A program made the translations under genes and the position numbers. Of a stretch of DNA of 64,000 bases, positions 1 through 11,800 are shown one piece after another. The DNA comes from Phoronis australis (taxonomy: Eukaryota > Animalia > Phoronida), in contig NMRA01000306.1 of assembly GCA_002633005.1 (NCBI GenBank), positions 1-64,000 on the forward strand, in the 5' to 3' direction. A model generated the notes under the pieces. That model saw nothing but the letters and a program-made list of their open reading frames with translations. It searched no databases and was not told the DNA's origin. Positions within the stretch are counted from its first letter, which is position 1; each line of letters starts with the position of its first letter.

Positions 1-2016
1 GTCTGCTGATTGGCTAAAACACAGTACACAACTTATTATGACACGATGTTGACCGGTTAGCCATCAAAAGTCACCAAGTCAAGAGGCTGCTGACCGATCA
101 GACACAATAAAAACTCTAAATCACTTGACTGTGACTCAACAACGCGAGCAGGTCATGATAGTAAATACAAGGTGAAAACATGACAATCTAACAAGAGACA
201 AAGAAATCAGACGATAAGAAGCATCAGTGGCCGTACAATAAACAAATATCGACCAATCCCTGACATATCAGATCATATGGACCTCAGGCAACATTGCTAT
301 CCCTCAGTTCATATGTGACCCAATACTGACCTCGGGTTTGATCTACATTTGTACAACATTAACCTGAAATATAAATAAAACTGCATATTTTAAGAGTTTT
401 TTACAAATGATTTCATAATCGTCCACGAGGAGAGTGTAATGTTTCACACGGCATGATCCCAACATTGTTGCTAGTACTAAATACACTCCAATTTTGTCAA
501 AGTTACTAGAATCAGCTAGTGGTAGCAATTGTAATATAGACATATACCAGTACTTCTACTACGGGGTAAGGTCTAAATGGTAAATTGTGGAGCGTATACA
601 CAGCATATGAGTGGTGAATGGAAAAAGTTTACCTGCACCCCTATTTCACTAAAAATGTTGTGCAGGCAGCAAAACATGTAAGGCATTCAAATAAATTTGA
701 TTTTGTAAAAATAGTTGTTTTCTAGTGAAAATTACATATATTTGTAACAGATATAATTTATCAGATATTTTTCCCATTTTGTTGCATGCACAGCTCAAAT
801 TATGAAATGGCATTTTTGTGAGAGCCTGTTACAAACACCACCAGTTTGTTCAAGTGCAAATGGTCCATCAAATCAAATCTCGCTTCCAAAGTTTTCCCAC
901 AATGAGAAGCCCTATTGTTTGCATACCCACTCAAACTATTGAAGAAAGTTTTGAGCATTTTTAAACATTGTTAGACCACATAAATTCAGACTGTGCAGCA
1001 ATTTTTGTCAGAATGAACGTTAAAGCTTGTGTGCAAGACGACAGCTGCTCCACACAACTATTTCTGAAAAATAATCAAATTTCATTTAACAAAAATTGCA
1101 GAGTCAGAATAATAATATAAATTACAGCTGCTAGTTACGGATTAAACTTCTAAGAATTATTTCTGGCCTGTGACACGCTCATAATTACTTGGCTAATCTT
1201 TAAAGTTTATTCAGCAATTGTGAAGTGGCAAATTTCTGTGTCATGTCTTAAGTCACCTTACATCAAAAAGACCTTTGACGTTTCGTCATCCAATTCTCGC
1301 TGAACGCTTCTGCATAACTTTATACCAATAATTCTGCGATCAACACAATATTGTCAGCGAACTCGAAGGTGACATAACACCAATAGTGAGTCAAGTGATC
1401 AGAAATGGACAACACATTCCAAGTTACAAAAAGTGTTAAAAACATTTTTGCACAACTCATGAAAAGAATCCCACACTGACTTTCTAAGTGGTCGAGATTG
1501 GGCAACTTGACCTACTTGCACACCGCACAACAGAATCTGCTGGTTCAGATCAAAGACACCATGCTGTTGCGGTTAATTAAATTGCCCCAGGCTACTGATG
1601 TTATTGTTCTCTAGATAAGGAGACCATCCATAAACATAATGGGGTGACAATAGTATTTTCAGTTTTCGTATTGAAAGTTTGTAAATAGCATATTTGAATA
1701 GCTTGTGAAAAACAAACATGATTAGGTTTTTGAATTTTGAAAATTTCACAATGTGACTTTTACAACCTAAAACATTTGTTTAATGTTGCAATAATACGGT
1801 CCTCATTAAGTCTGCTGGGTGTGCAACATTGTTGGCATTTTTATCAAAAAAAAAAACACCAGAAAATTTATACTTTACTTTATGGGTTAAGAGTTTCTAG
1901 TTATTCAGATGTTTCAACACAAAGACAACATTTTAATTAGGGGTACAAGTAAACTTAATTTCTATCCATAGTCATGCATGAGAGAAACCAACAAGTGGTC
2001 GGTACAACGTTCCTAC

Positions 2017-5000
2017 CACATCTTTACTACCAATACTAAGGTACTGTATTTGGTGGGTGAAGTCAATCTCTGTTGGTTGCTGGGCTCCAGCCGAGTGAGT
2101 TGACACATGGAAGTTACCAGGCACCTGCAAAGAACAATCAACAATACTTCTTACAAGAATGAAAGCCTGCAGTTCATACATTACGCCCAAAACGGACTCC
2201 ATCTACACACACACTGATAATAATCTCACAACACAAACAGGGCTCCACAGAACGAGTAGCAGTCACATTCGTGACTTGAAATTTTGAAAAGAGAGATGAG
2301 ATTTTGCCTAACTCGTATTAGTTACAAGTGTCCGACTTAAGAATTCCAAGTTCCAACCCAGCAGAACTGATTTATTCATACTTCCCTTCGTAACTGACAA
2401 ACTAGCAGCAACTCAAGTGAGACCCATTATAACTCAACATTCGAATTGTCAACGGCCATTTTTACTAATCTATTCGAATTCTAGAAACACAGCCTGGGAC
2501 TTGCCCAGGTCACAAATGACGATAATGACTTATAGACTTTCATAACAACGAAGGCTGACAATAACATTATGTGATTTTACCTTGCTACATCAACTCAAAA
2601 TGGTGAGAGGTGAAACCAATGTCAGAATGACCGTATACCGATGCAATATGTGACATTCGAGCATGAGTGCTTTCAACTGTTTCCCAATGTTATTGACTCT
2701 TATGTTAGGAAGACGAGACTCGTCCCATACTTATTCTATAGCTTACACTGAAAGGCATGATACCCTCTCCTGGTATACCATCGCCCATTACACTGACCCA
2801 TATTTCATATTACACTGACCCATATTTCATATTACACTGACCCATATTTCATATCACATTGACCCATATTTCATATCACATTGACCCATATTTCATATCA
2901 CATTGACCCATATTTCATATCACATTGACCCATATTTCATATCATACTGAGGAAAACATAAGACTGTCTACCAATACAACACATAAATCTTATCAGCCAA
3001 ACTGCATTCTTCATCCAGCCAGGGGTGCACTCACTTTTAAGGGACCCACAGCTGTTCTACCCCCACCCACTCTGAACAAGAAAACAGGCGACTACTTAAT
3101 TCAGTTTCAACTTATTTTAGTATTTCTTTCCAACTCCTGTTGTATTACACAATACATAATAAATACATTCCGTAACGTTTTCTAGCAATTTCGAGTGAAG
3201 AGTCTTATTTTCTCAAAAGTTCGTAGGCACGATTGGAAGGTATTGATGAGTCAGAACACAATAAAACAAAATCTATGTTCAGCAAGTAAATGAAATAACA
3301 AACCTTGTTGACGTTAAATGATGCTTCAAACAAGCACCCTGCCCCCTCGTTAATATCTTCTTTCTTTGTGTCAGGCATGAACCCGACATCATGTCGACCA
3401 AGGTCATCCTGAATATCCAACCCTACATCTGTTAACACAAATTTTGATAAAATACAAGGAACTTTTTATATGGACCTGCAGCATTAACTCACACGGGATT
3501 CTTGTGTTTTTTAATTTCTTACATAAAAGATAAGCAACACTAAACAATGCTTTGTTCAATTCCTTACCATAGCTACCAGTGATTAGAAACATCAAGGACA
3601 TTTGCAACAATATCAGAGAAAATACCAATTTTGACAGTTAAAGCGTTGTTATTTCAAATAAACTTTTATAATGGGAATGAAAAAGGAAAACATTTGGCAT
3701 TCAGTTTTGCTCAGTGGAAGGAGATGTTTATTTGCACCTCTAAATTCCATGCATGATCGCCTAAACCTCCATCCTGACTAGCACACACTAAACACGCTCA
3801 TGCCCCAAAACTCTACACACACATCCAAAATGCTCTATGTCCAGTGATCAAATTCCATACCCAGGGATCAAACTCCAGTCCCGAGAACTGGATACCTCAC
3901 CCAGACTCCGAGGCTTGAGGCTGGAGTTTGGTCCCCAAGCTGCACTCTGAAAAAATTCATCCCTTGTGTTTTTGCAAAAGTCAAATATTAACTTAAAAAA
4001 TAATCAACTATCAGTTGAAACTTTTAAGACAATGCCGTCATTCCAGAGTTAATATTTCAAACTCTGTTAAAATAATACACAGCACCGCACTGTCCTTAAA
4101 CATGTACATCGACTTAAAGGATTTCACCACACAACTGGAGAGTCAGAGTGGGACCTTTGTTAAAAACTACTGCCTATTGTCCCATTAACACATTGCCGGT
4201 TAAGATGGCGGTTCACTGCACCATGAACATTACTTTCCTAACAAGATAATGCTACTAACGTGACCAAACAAAATTGCGTGATATTAGCAACATGCTTACA
4301 ATATGACCATTATGTTGAAGCAGAATGAAGTCACAAGATGTGAAGACTAAATTGACTTTACGTTCAAAAGATTTCATACCCAACATTATGAGAGAATGGA
4401 ACTGTGAGATCGTCTTTTAAACAGAAATTAACAGTATGAGATGAAACTTGTTTTATGTTCCAACAATGCTTTTTTCGTAAGACAACCCAGTGTCAACAAG
4501 CTATTTATTTGAGTTCGTTCACATTAATGAATAAATCATCCAAAATCAAAGCCAACCTATGACAGAAATCCCTCAGTCATAAAATACACTGCTACCAGTG
4601 GCACTGTACAGAAGACTAACAAAACCTCACAAATAGCCAGATACACAAGATACACGGAACCTTACCATTTTCCACATGCAGCATGTNCAACATGCCCATT
4701 CAACATGTCACTCAACAAGCCCACTTAACATGCCCACTCAACATGTCACTCAACATGTCACTTAACAAGCCTCAGCCTGCTCTACCACTTACAGGCACAC
4801 TTCAGCTTGGGCAGACTAATCTTCAGATGAACCGGAATGCGCTCAGTAACAGCACTGACTGGATCATCAACGTAAAGCTCACTGATGCTGAAATACAGAC
4901 AAAATGCAGTAGAACTCACTGATGCTGAAATACAGAAAAAGTGCAATAGAGCTCGCTGATGCTGAAATACAGACACAAAAGCAACACGAAGCGTTGAAAT

Positions 5001-8000
5001 GCGCCCACAAATGCATCACAAATGGTGTTTTTAGGGTTATTTATTTGTATCATAAAAATAGCCACTAGATGGCGCAAAAACGTACAATCCATCCAAAAAC
5101 AGGAACATGCCCCATTTCATAAAAATCTGTCAATGAACTTCAGCGAAACAAAGGAAAACAGAATAAAATGAAATTGCCACTTGTGGGCACAGCGTCCGTT
5201 GGATCCGCCTGAAAGTCGTCGTCTGTTGTGATCTTCATATAAATACACTTACTAAATTTAATAAAGATCCTGCAGTGGGTTTAGGATATAGCTATGGTCG
5301 CAAAACAAAATAAAACTACCACTAGGAGGCACCACAGTAGACAAGTCGCCATCATCAAACGTCCTCTTCACACTGAAAACATATACGTCAATTCTTTAAA
5401 CCATCCCTAGAATGATTTAGTTGATAGAGGGGTAGACACCAAAAACAAGACTTGAAAACAGCAAAAAATGGCCACAAAGTGGCGCAAAATACCTCAATTC
5501 CATCCAAAAACAGGAGGATAGCGTAATCTCATCAATAGATGCTTATATTCAAATTTTATGAAAATCTGTTGAGGACCTCTGAAGATACAGACTGATAAAC
5601 GTAAAAAACTAAAATTGCCACTAGGGGGCACACCAATAGTCAGATCCGTCCGAAAGTCGTCTTCGTCCGTTGTCAACATTATATAAATACACTTACTAAA
5701 TTAAGTAAAGATCCTGCAAACGGTTTAGGCGATAGTCATGAGCGCAAAAAACAAAACTACCACTAGGAGGTGCCAGTCGTCGAAGTCGTCGCAAAATCAT
5801 CGTCAGCCATTAACTTCATAGTAAAAACATACAGGCCAATTTTCGCAATTATCCTGAAAGCGGTTTCATTGATAGATGAGTGGACGCCAAAAATACAGAC
5901 AAAATGCAGTACAGTTCACTAATGCTGGAATACAGAGAAAGTGCAGTAGAGCTCGCTAATGCTGAAATACAGACAAAATGCAGTAGAACTCACTGATGCT
6001 GAAATACAGACAAAATGCAGCAGAACTCACTGATGCTGAAATACAGACAAAATGCAGTAGAACTCACTGATGCTGAAATACAGACAAAGTGCAGCAGAGC
6101 TCACTGCACTCTTGCTTTTTTAAGTCACAATTTGCAACATCTCAAAATTGTCACAGGGAAGTCAAAATTGTCACAATTTTTGGTGCTTTTTGCACATATG
6201 CGAGACAATATATGTCAGTGATATTGATGAATTCCATAAATTTGCAATTTGATGCAGCATAACATGACTGTAAGCCAAACAGAACACTAACAGCCTACTT
6301 GGCTCATCAGATTACAATACATACTTGACAGAATTCGCAAAATGTCACAAAATGTCACAGAGGTCACAGGCACGTAAGTTTTGTCACAGAATGTCATAAT
6401 GTGAGAGGGAATCTATTCTGTAATTATGAAAAGTACCAATGATCATAATTGACTCTGTTCCCAAACAGTAAATTAATACTCCTGTCCACAGAGTCATACT
6501 TAACATCAAGATAAATTCTGACCTGAACTTTGCGTAATAAATGGCTTTAGTTGGCATGCTTGAGCCAGGCTAGGGATAATGCACGTTGCATTACTAGTAC
6601 TCTAAACACTGGAATTGTTTTCCATAATTATACCCTCTTCAAGAGCATACAATTATATTAAACACATGCACTGTAATGGAGCACTGTGGACCAGCTATGC
6701 CTTCCAAAACACGTTTTCCCTACCTATGCATGAAGTGGCAACTGGACATGCTGGCGACACCAAAAATCTCTCTAACATGGCATAAACGGAGGAAACTCAC
6801 CTCCCAAGCTTACAAATACAGTCTTAAAGAGTCTCTGTATCTCAACAGTATGGGTGACACCCGCATTTCGACTTCAGCACCCGCTGACTTGGACACGCCA
6901 GTTGAAGTCATTGAGTGGGGATTATCGATATAATGATGACAACATGAACATGGTCCCGTTGTGAAGTATATTTCCAATCAAAACGTTGTCAGGAAAATTT
7001 TAAATATCGTAGTTTTGAACAGATTTTTATCACACCAGCGATATTTATATCAAAATAAAGCTTGTTTATTTTAATTTTCAATGCAAGACTATATTTCTAT
7101 GTTACACATGGTGCAAATGTGCGTGCAATCTAAATGGTGTCGACCTTTCCGCTGGTTTTGTAGGATGACGCTGGCGATTACTCCACCATTTTTACTGAAA
7201 TATGTTCTGGGTTATTTAAATAATATGTTAGTGGTCATTTGATAATTAGTATATGAATAGCAGAATATTTGAACGTGAAATTGAAAACAGAACAAGTCGA
7301 ACTGAAGTCAATCCACACAGAAATGACCGTGTGTTGCTTACAACGTCAACAGAGATCTAGTTTCAATCGTGAAACACGAGCCAGGAGTAATTATGATGAT
7401 TAATTCTTAACACTAACAACAATCCTGATTCTATTTATGATGACAAACAAGGGTGATCAGGCACCAGTGTATTTTATCAAACGCTGGAAGCTGGAACTAA
7501 CTTCTGACTTACCAGTTTAACCTAATGGACTTTTCACTGTAGATTTTTACATTATACAAACAGTGGAAGTATCCTGTCAGTGAATTGTGTACAATACTTT
7601 TTTCAACTGAAAATTAATTTACCGTAGCATGTCTTGAAACTATCAACTTATTTCCTCTGTTACTTACAATTACATGGTGAATGTTTATGACTGGTAGATA
7701 GTTTGCCAAAATTTCACTCCAATGCTTGTATTTTCCAATACTTGCAGAATGACAAGCTTTATTTTGTATAATACTACATATTATAAAGACTAAAGAATGA
7801 AATAACTTTCTTATTCATCAACCAAGTTTGGAAAATGAAGTATTAATTTTCTTCACTTCGCATCATCAGAATTGTTGTTTAAATCCTTTAATGAATCACT
7901 TGGTGGTACTTAATTAAACGCAGAATACTCCCAAGGAGAGATATTCAACAAAAAAATGAACATAAAATAGGTCACAAAGATTACATTTCTGGCCTGAGGT

Positions 8001-11000
8001 ATCCAAAAAGTTCCGAGATGAACAGGAATGCAATGAAGAAGACACAGCTGACAGAGATGATGGCCCCAGTCCATGTGGGTTGTGTTAGGTCCTTGGGGAT
8101 CTTCCTGTAGATGTCAAATCTGAAACAAATCCCGACTAATGACAATGGTCACATCTGGTGAACTACATTAAATGTGTTTCCCTGCTATTTATCCATCCAT
8201 CAATCATTTCACTAGTATAAGACTAACAATGTTTAAATGTGTCAAAATGCCAGAAACCAGGCCCAGGGGGATTCCAATTTCTAGAACGATGGACCTTTGA
8301 TATTTTGCAAACATCGACACCGTAGAGTTTTTAGTAAGGCCTTTGGCACAGCTAAATTAGGGTGAATGGAAATCTGTATCCACAATGATGACTCTGCTCT
8401 GTGTCCCTGAGATGAGACACAATTTGTAACAACAAAAATGAGGATGCTGTGACAGTTGATCGCAAAGGGCTCTAATTCCGATGTAAGGTGGTCAAGAAAG
8501 AGAACATTCTCGCAGTACCTCCTGCTAAAATTTCAAATCAGTCATGTTTAAATGAGTGACTACACCTCATTACATATTTGGAAGTAAATATGAGGTTAAG
8601 AAGGAGATTGACTTGACGAAATTGTTTATCTGGTTGTATTTTTGCGTGTTACTTAGTAAGTTGCTTACATCACTGGAAATGGGAACAGCCGAGTATTTCG
8701 AAGGTTCACTATTCCGAAGGCTCACTATTCCGAAGGCTCACTATTCCGAAGGTTCACTACTTTGAAGACTCACTAAGTACTCCGAAGGTTCACTACACCG
8801 TAAATATGTAAACTTTCAGACTTAGGTTTAATTTCTATATAAAATCATGCAAAAATAAATCATACTTCAGTTATTAGATGCACTGAGTGGTGTACCTATA
8901 CCGAAAACAATGCCCAAGTACTAAAACACTTTGTTTGGATTTCATGCACGTGCGAAATTGCCTACATGTATCGATATGGAAAATGTGTACGTACTCGCAC
9001 TTTTAAAAGAATATGAATTAGGAATATCGATGAATTATCAACCACAAAACATTTATCAAATCCATGTCAAGATCACATTACAGTAAGACTGAAAAGTTTA
9101 GGACCGCTGAGCTTCAACCTCACCCACCGGAACCACGCGCACACTCAAGTCAAAACTAAATGTAATTAGTAGGCCACTCTGTCCCTGCCGGTCTTCACGA
9201 AGTTAGGGAGTCCCATTCAAACTTCTTTAACTTGAAATCGCCACAGGTCGCCGCAGCCCTGACCCTTGCGCCAGATGTTGTCCCTGCTTGAGAATGAGTC
9301 GTGAACAGACAATCAAGAGTAATAAACTGCCAGAGTTTGGCTTTCGGAATTGTGGAAATTTAAAGGAGTGAATTTTTGGAGCAGTGTACCTTCGGAGTAG
9401 TGCACCTCCGGTGTAGTGACATGTAACCTAAGAAATCTTTGACATTAATTTTGTTGCTCGTATGAAGTCTGCGGGACTGTGTACGATTGACACTGATTGA
9501 CAAGAGAAGACTTTCTTCACTGACCAAAGTTGAGGTGTATGCCTACTTTTCCTTAATAAAGTGAAAATACTCGAATGGTTTTTCTCAGTGAAAGAAAAGA
9601 CGATAGTTGAATGTCTGCAGATTGAGCACAGCGGAGGACTGCCTACAGTGAAACGTCAGCGTGTACTGAATTTAAAAGAACGTTAACGCACACACCTGTA
9701 CATGCATGCGTGTCAATCCACCAATCCACAATCAAAGTGGACACTGGATGAACAACATATCTGAAAATCACTTTCAATTCAAAATTTGAAAATGCCTGCA
9801 ATTTACCGTACTACTCCGTTAGCAATTAAAACAAAATACAAGAATAACAAATATCAATTTTTTGTTGTTTTGTTTCTTGGCAGATTTTAAGGCATTTACA
9901 CCGCACTACTTTTTGGGAGCTCTCTTGTTGCTATATAGTTTACTTTGGTTATAGGGGTGGAGTTCTATGCCTAGGTGTAGACATTCACTTCTAGGCGGCC
10001 TTGTTACCCGTTGGTGTAGTCACCACGTGTGTTCAATACTGACGAACAACATAAAGGTTCCTCTTATCATTTGCATGATTCTGTCACCTCCACAAATGCC
10101 ACTCGGGTGAAGTTGGCCGGGTACCACCCGAGGCCACGTGAAACGCTTTGAATCAGAAATAAATTCAAAATTATAATTAAGTTATCATTGTAGTTAGTAC
10201 CAGTAGCTGCAATGATTTTGTTGTTGTTGCTGTCCATCTAAATATCCTTTCCTTAACAGGGGGGGGGGCTGGACCTTTTCCGCGCGGGGGGGCCTCAATC
10301 GAAACCCTCCCCCCGGATACAGGACTGGAAACAATATTTTGTATCGATAATGACACATTATACACAAGCCCTAAATTTCAAATTGTCATTTTTCACTAAA
10401 TTAAACAATAACATACAACTCTGAACCCAGAAACTTTTCGAATTTGAATGAATGAGATGGAAAACGTTTAAAACTAAAATAGCTAGGTGAAAGTACGCAT
10501 GAATTCTTTTTGTAAAGCTACACCTAAGGGTCCACTAGGGGGCACAGTGGTAAGCGGATTCGTCTCAAGTCAATCCCATCTGGTGTCCCTTTCATAGAAA
10601 TACACTTGTGCAATTTATCCAAGTTAGTTCCTGCAAGGTGTTCACGAGATACAGCTGCAGACGCAAAAAAATGCCACTACTAAGCGCCACGAAATTCCTC
10701 GTCAGTCGTCCTCTTCCCAGTAGGGACGGATATACCAATTTTCATAGTCATCTTTACAGTGGTTTAGACGATACAGAGATGTGGATGCCAACAAACAGAT
10801 ACAAAAACAGTAGAAACAACTACTAGGTGGAGTAGAACATGTTGAATCCATCTGAAAACAAGTCAAGAAGGCCACCTCCTTAATAGATACCTATTTACTA
10901 AATTTCATGGAAATCCCTTAAGGAACTAAGAAAATTACAGACAACATAAAAATTGCCACTAGGGGGCACATCAGTAATGTTGGAGCCGCTGCAAAATTGA

Positions 11001-11634
11001 TTCATGTCGTCCCCTGCACGATTGGAAAGAATCTAAAATTTTCAAGAACATCAATCAAGGGGGCATGGAAGAACGCAAAGCAGACAGGGATAATTTTATT
11101 GATTTATTATTAATGTAATATTTTACAAGGAGCCCCATCAGTTCACATCAATTGCTTCCATAGTCCACCCTCTTATTTGGGTGCACAAAAGTACGACACA
11201 AACTTTATTGGCAGGGGCACTGGTCGTATATAGCGCACCCCTTATTCAGTGCAAGAAACTGGTTCTCAGAATCAGGGACAACTATATCCGACCAGTAGGC
11301 CTACTATTATCAGGTAAGTCTGAACTTGTTGGGCTTTCTGATTTCAAGTCATTGCCAGCTGCCAGCTGGAAAGTTACCTATGAGGTCTACCACCGCTTGC
11401 TCTCGTCTTTAGGCCTTTAGGGCAGCCTCGTGATGGACCAACTTTGCAGACTCAGCCCACGCTTCACTGTCGCCGACACTTGGAATTGGATACTTATAAG
11501 AAAGTTTATGTGTCAATTCATTACGCGTAAGAAATTCATGCAGCATCGTCTAACTCTCAATAATATTGCACTTCCGAAATCTGCAGGTCACAATCAGATA
11601 CGGATAGGACTCACCTACGCAAATCTAAAACCAT
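2017..11634 (-). CDS. ERGIC1: ER-Golgi intermediate compartment protein 1 (ERGIC-32), 5' part; coding exons 11634-11615, 8119-7985, 4887-4793, 3428-3304, 2124-2017; remaining exons not found, probably left of the window
   Basis: Spliced translation MVLDLRR/FDIYRKIPKDLTQPTWTGAIISVSCVFFIAFLFISELFGYLRPEI/ISELYVDDPVSAVTERIPVHLKISLPKLKCAY/VGLDIQDDLGRHDVGF...GAGCLFEASFNVNK/VPGNFHVSTHSAGAQQPTEIDFTHQIQYLSIG matches the ERGIC1 hallmarks (FDIYRKxPKDLTQPT, ELYVDDP, GLDIQD, KVPGNFHVSTH). All junctions are GT-AG with consistent phases (2,2,1,0). Confidence 0.95.
2788..2950. repeat. 22-bp minisatellite (TTACACTGACCCATATTTCATA), about 7 copies, in ERGIC1 intron 4
   Basis: Directly visible tandem copies with a TTACACTGA to TCACATTGA variant gradient. 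Confidence 0.95.
4688..4771. repeat. 12-bp minisatellite (CAACATGYCACT), about 7 copies, next to the ERGIC1 exon 3 donor
   Basis: Visible degenerate tandem copies. Confidence 0.85.
4877..4975. repeat. 37-bp tandem repeat, proximal block, overlapping the ERGIC1 exon 3 splice acceptor
   Basis: Unit GAAATACAGACAAAATGCAGTAGAACTCACTGATGCT. CTG (minus-strand CAG) occurs at 4888, 4925 and 4962. Confidence 0.95.
5061..5890. repeat. Degenerate ~143-bp-period repeat with ~410-440-bp higher-order duplication; each monomer carries a CCACTAGRKGGCRC-like motif (satellite-like or Helitron-associated repeat)
   Basis: Motifs at 5061, 5176, 5318, 5471, 5617 and 5759. Shared blocks (ATATAAATACACTTACTAAA..AAAGATCCTGCA, CATCCAAAAACAGGA) each occur twice about 410-440 bp apart. 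Confidence 0.8.
5891..6105. repeat. 37-bp tandem repeat, distal block (about 5.8 copies), same unit as 4877-4975
   Basis: GAAATAC recurs at 5964, 6001, 6038 and 6075 (period 37). Confidence 0.95.
8694..9428. mobile_element. Putative non-autonomous DNA element with inverted arrays of a 16-bp subrepeat (ATTCCGAAGGYTCACT)
   Basis: About 6 copies at 8694-8800 and degenerate reverse-complement copies (AGTGTACCTTCGGAGT etc.) at about 9367-9420. No TSD identified. Confidence 0.55.
10531..11030. repeat. Second, diverged copy of the ~143-bp-period CCACTAGGGGGCAC repeat, in ERGIC1 intron 1
   Basis: Motifs at 10531, 10673, 10819 and 10955. AAAATTGCCACTAGGGGGCACA is identical to the copy at about 5611. 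Confidence 0.75.
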
Positions 11635-11800
11635 TTTACGGATAAGATAGCAAACTTGTGCAGGACTACACGACGACTACTTCTATTCGTCCACGTTTAG
11701 TTTTCGCAAACTTCCTGTGTACAACTTGCTTGCGCAAACTTGATTGGATATGAGATTTGTTGGACTCGTCCATTACGTCGATGCAATAATATATTTTCAA
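11635..11800 (-). promoter_or_regulatory. Probable ERGIC1 5' UTR and core promoter
   Basis: Immediately upstream of the ATG, with an ETS-like CAGGAAG, TTGCGCAA, CCAAT (minus strand, about 11743-11747) and a CRE-like TTACGTC. Motif-level evidence only. Confidence 0.4.

Noticed and set aside
1262-1310. Possible next ERGIC1 exon (AG...GTAAG on the minus strand)
   Set aside because: No frame resembles the expected G.FN.L / SHDY.LKIVPT continuation; frame 0 hits a stop.
2788-2950. 22-bp repeats as CRISPR or iterons, and ORF 2925-3185
   Set aside because: Plain minisatellite; the ORF has no recognisable motif and is antisense within an ERGIC1 intron.
5891-6105. 37-bp repeats as a CRISPR array
   Set aside because: Units are head-to-tail with no unique spacers, there are no cas genes, and the context is a eukaryotic intron.
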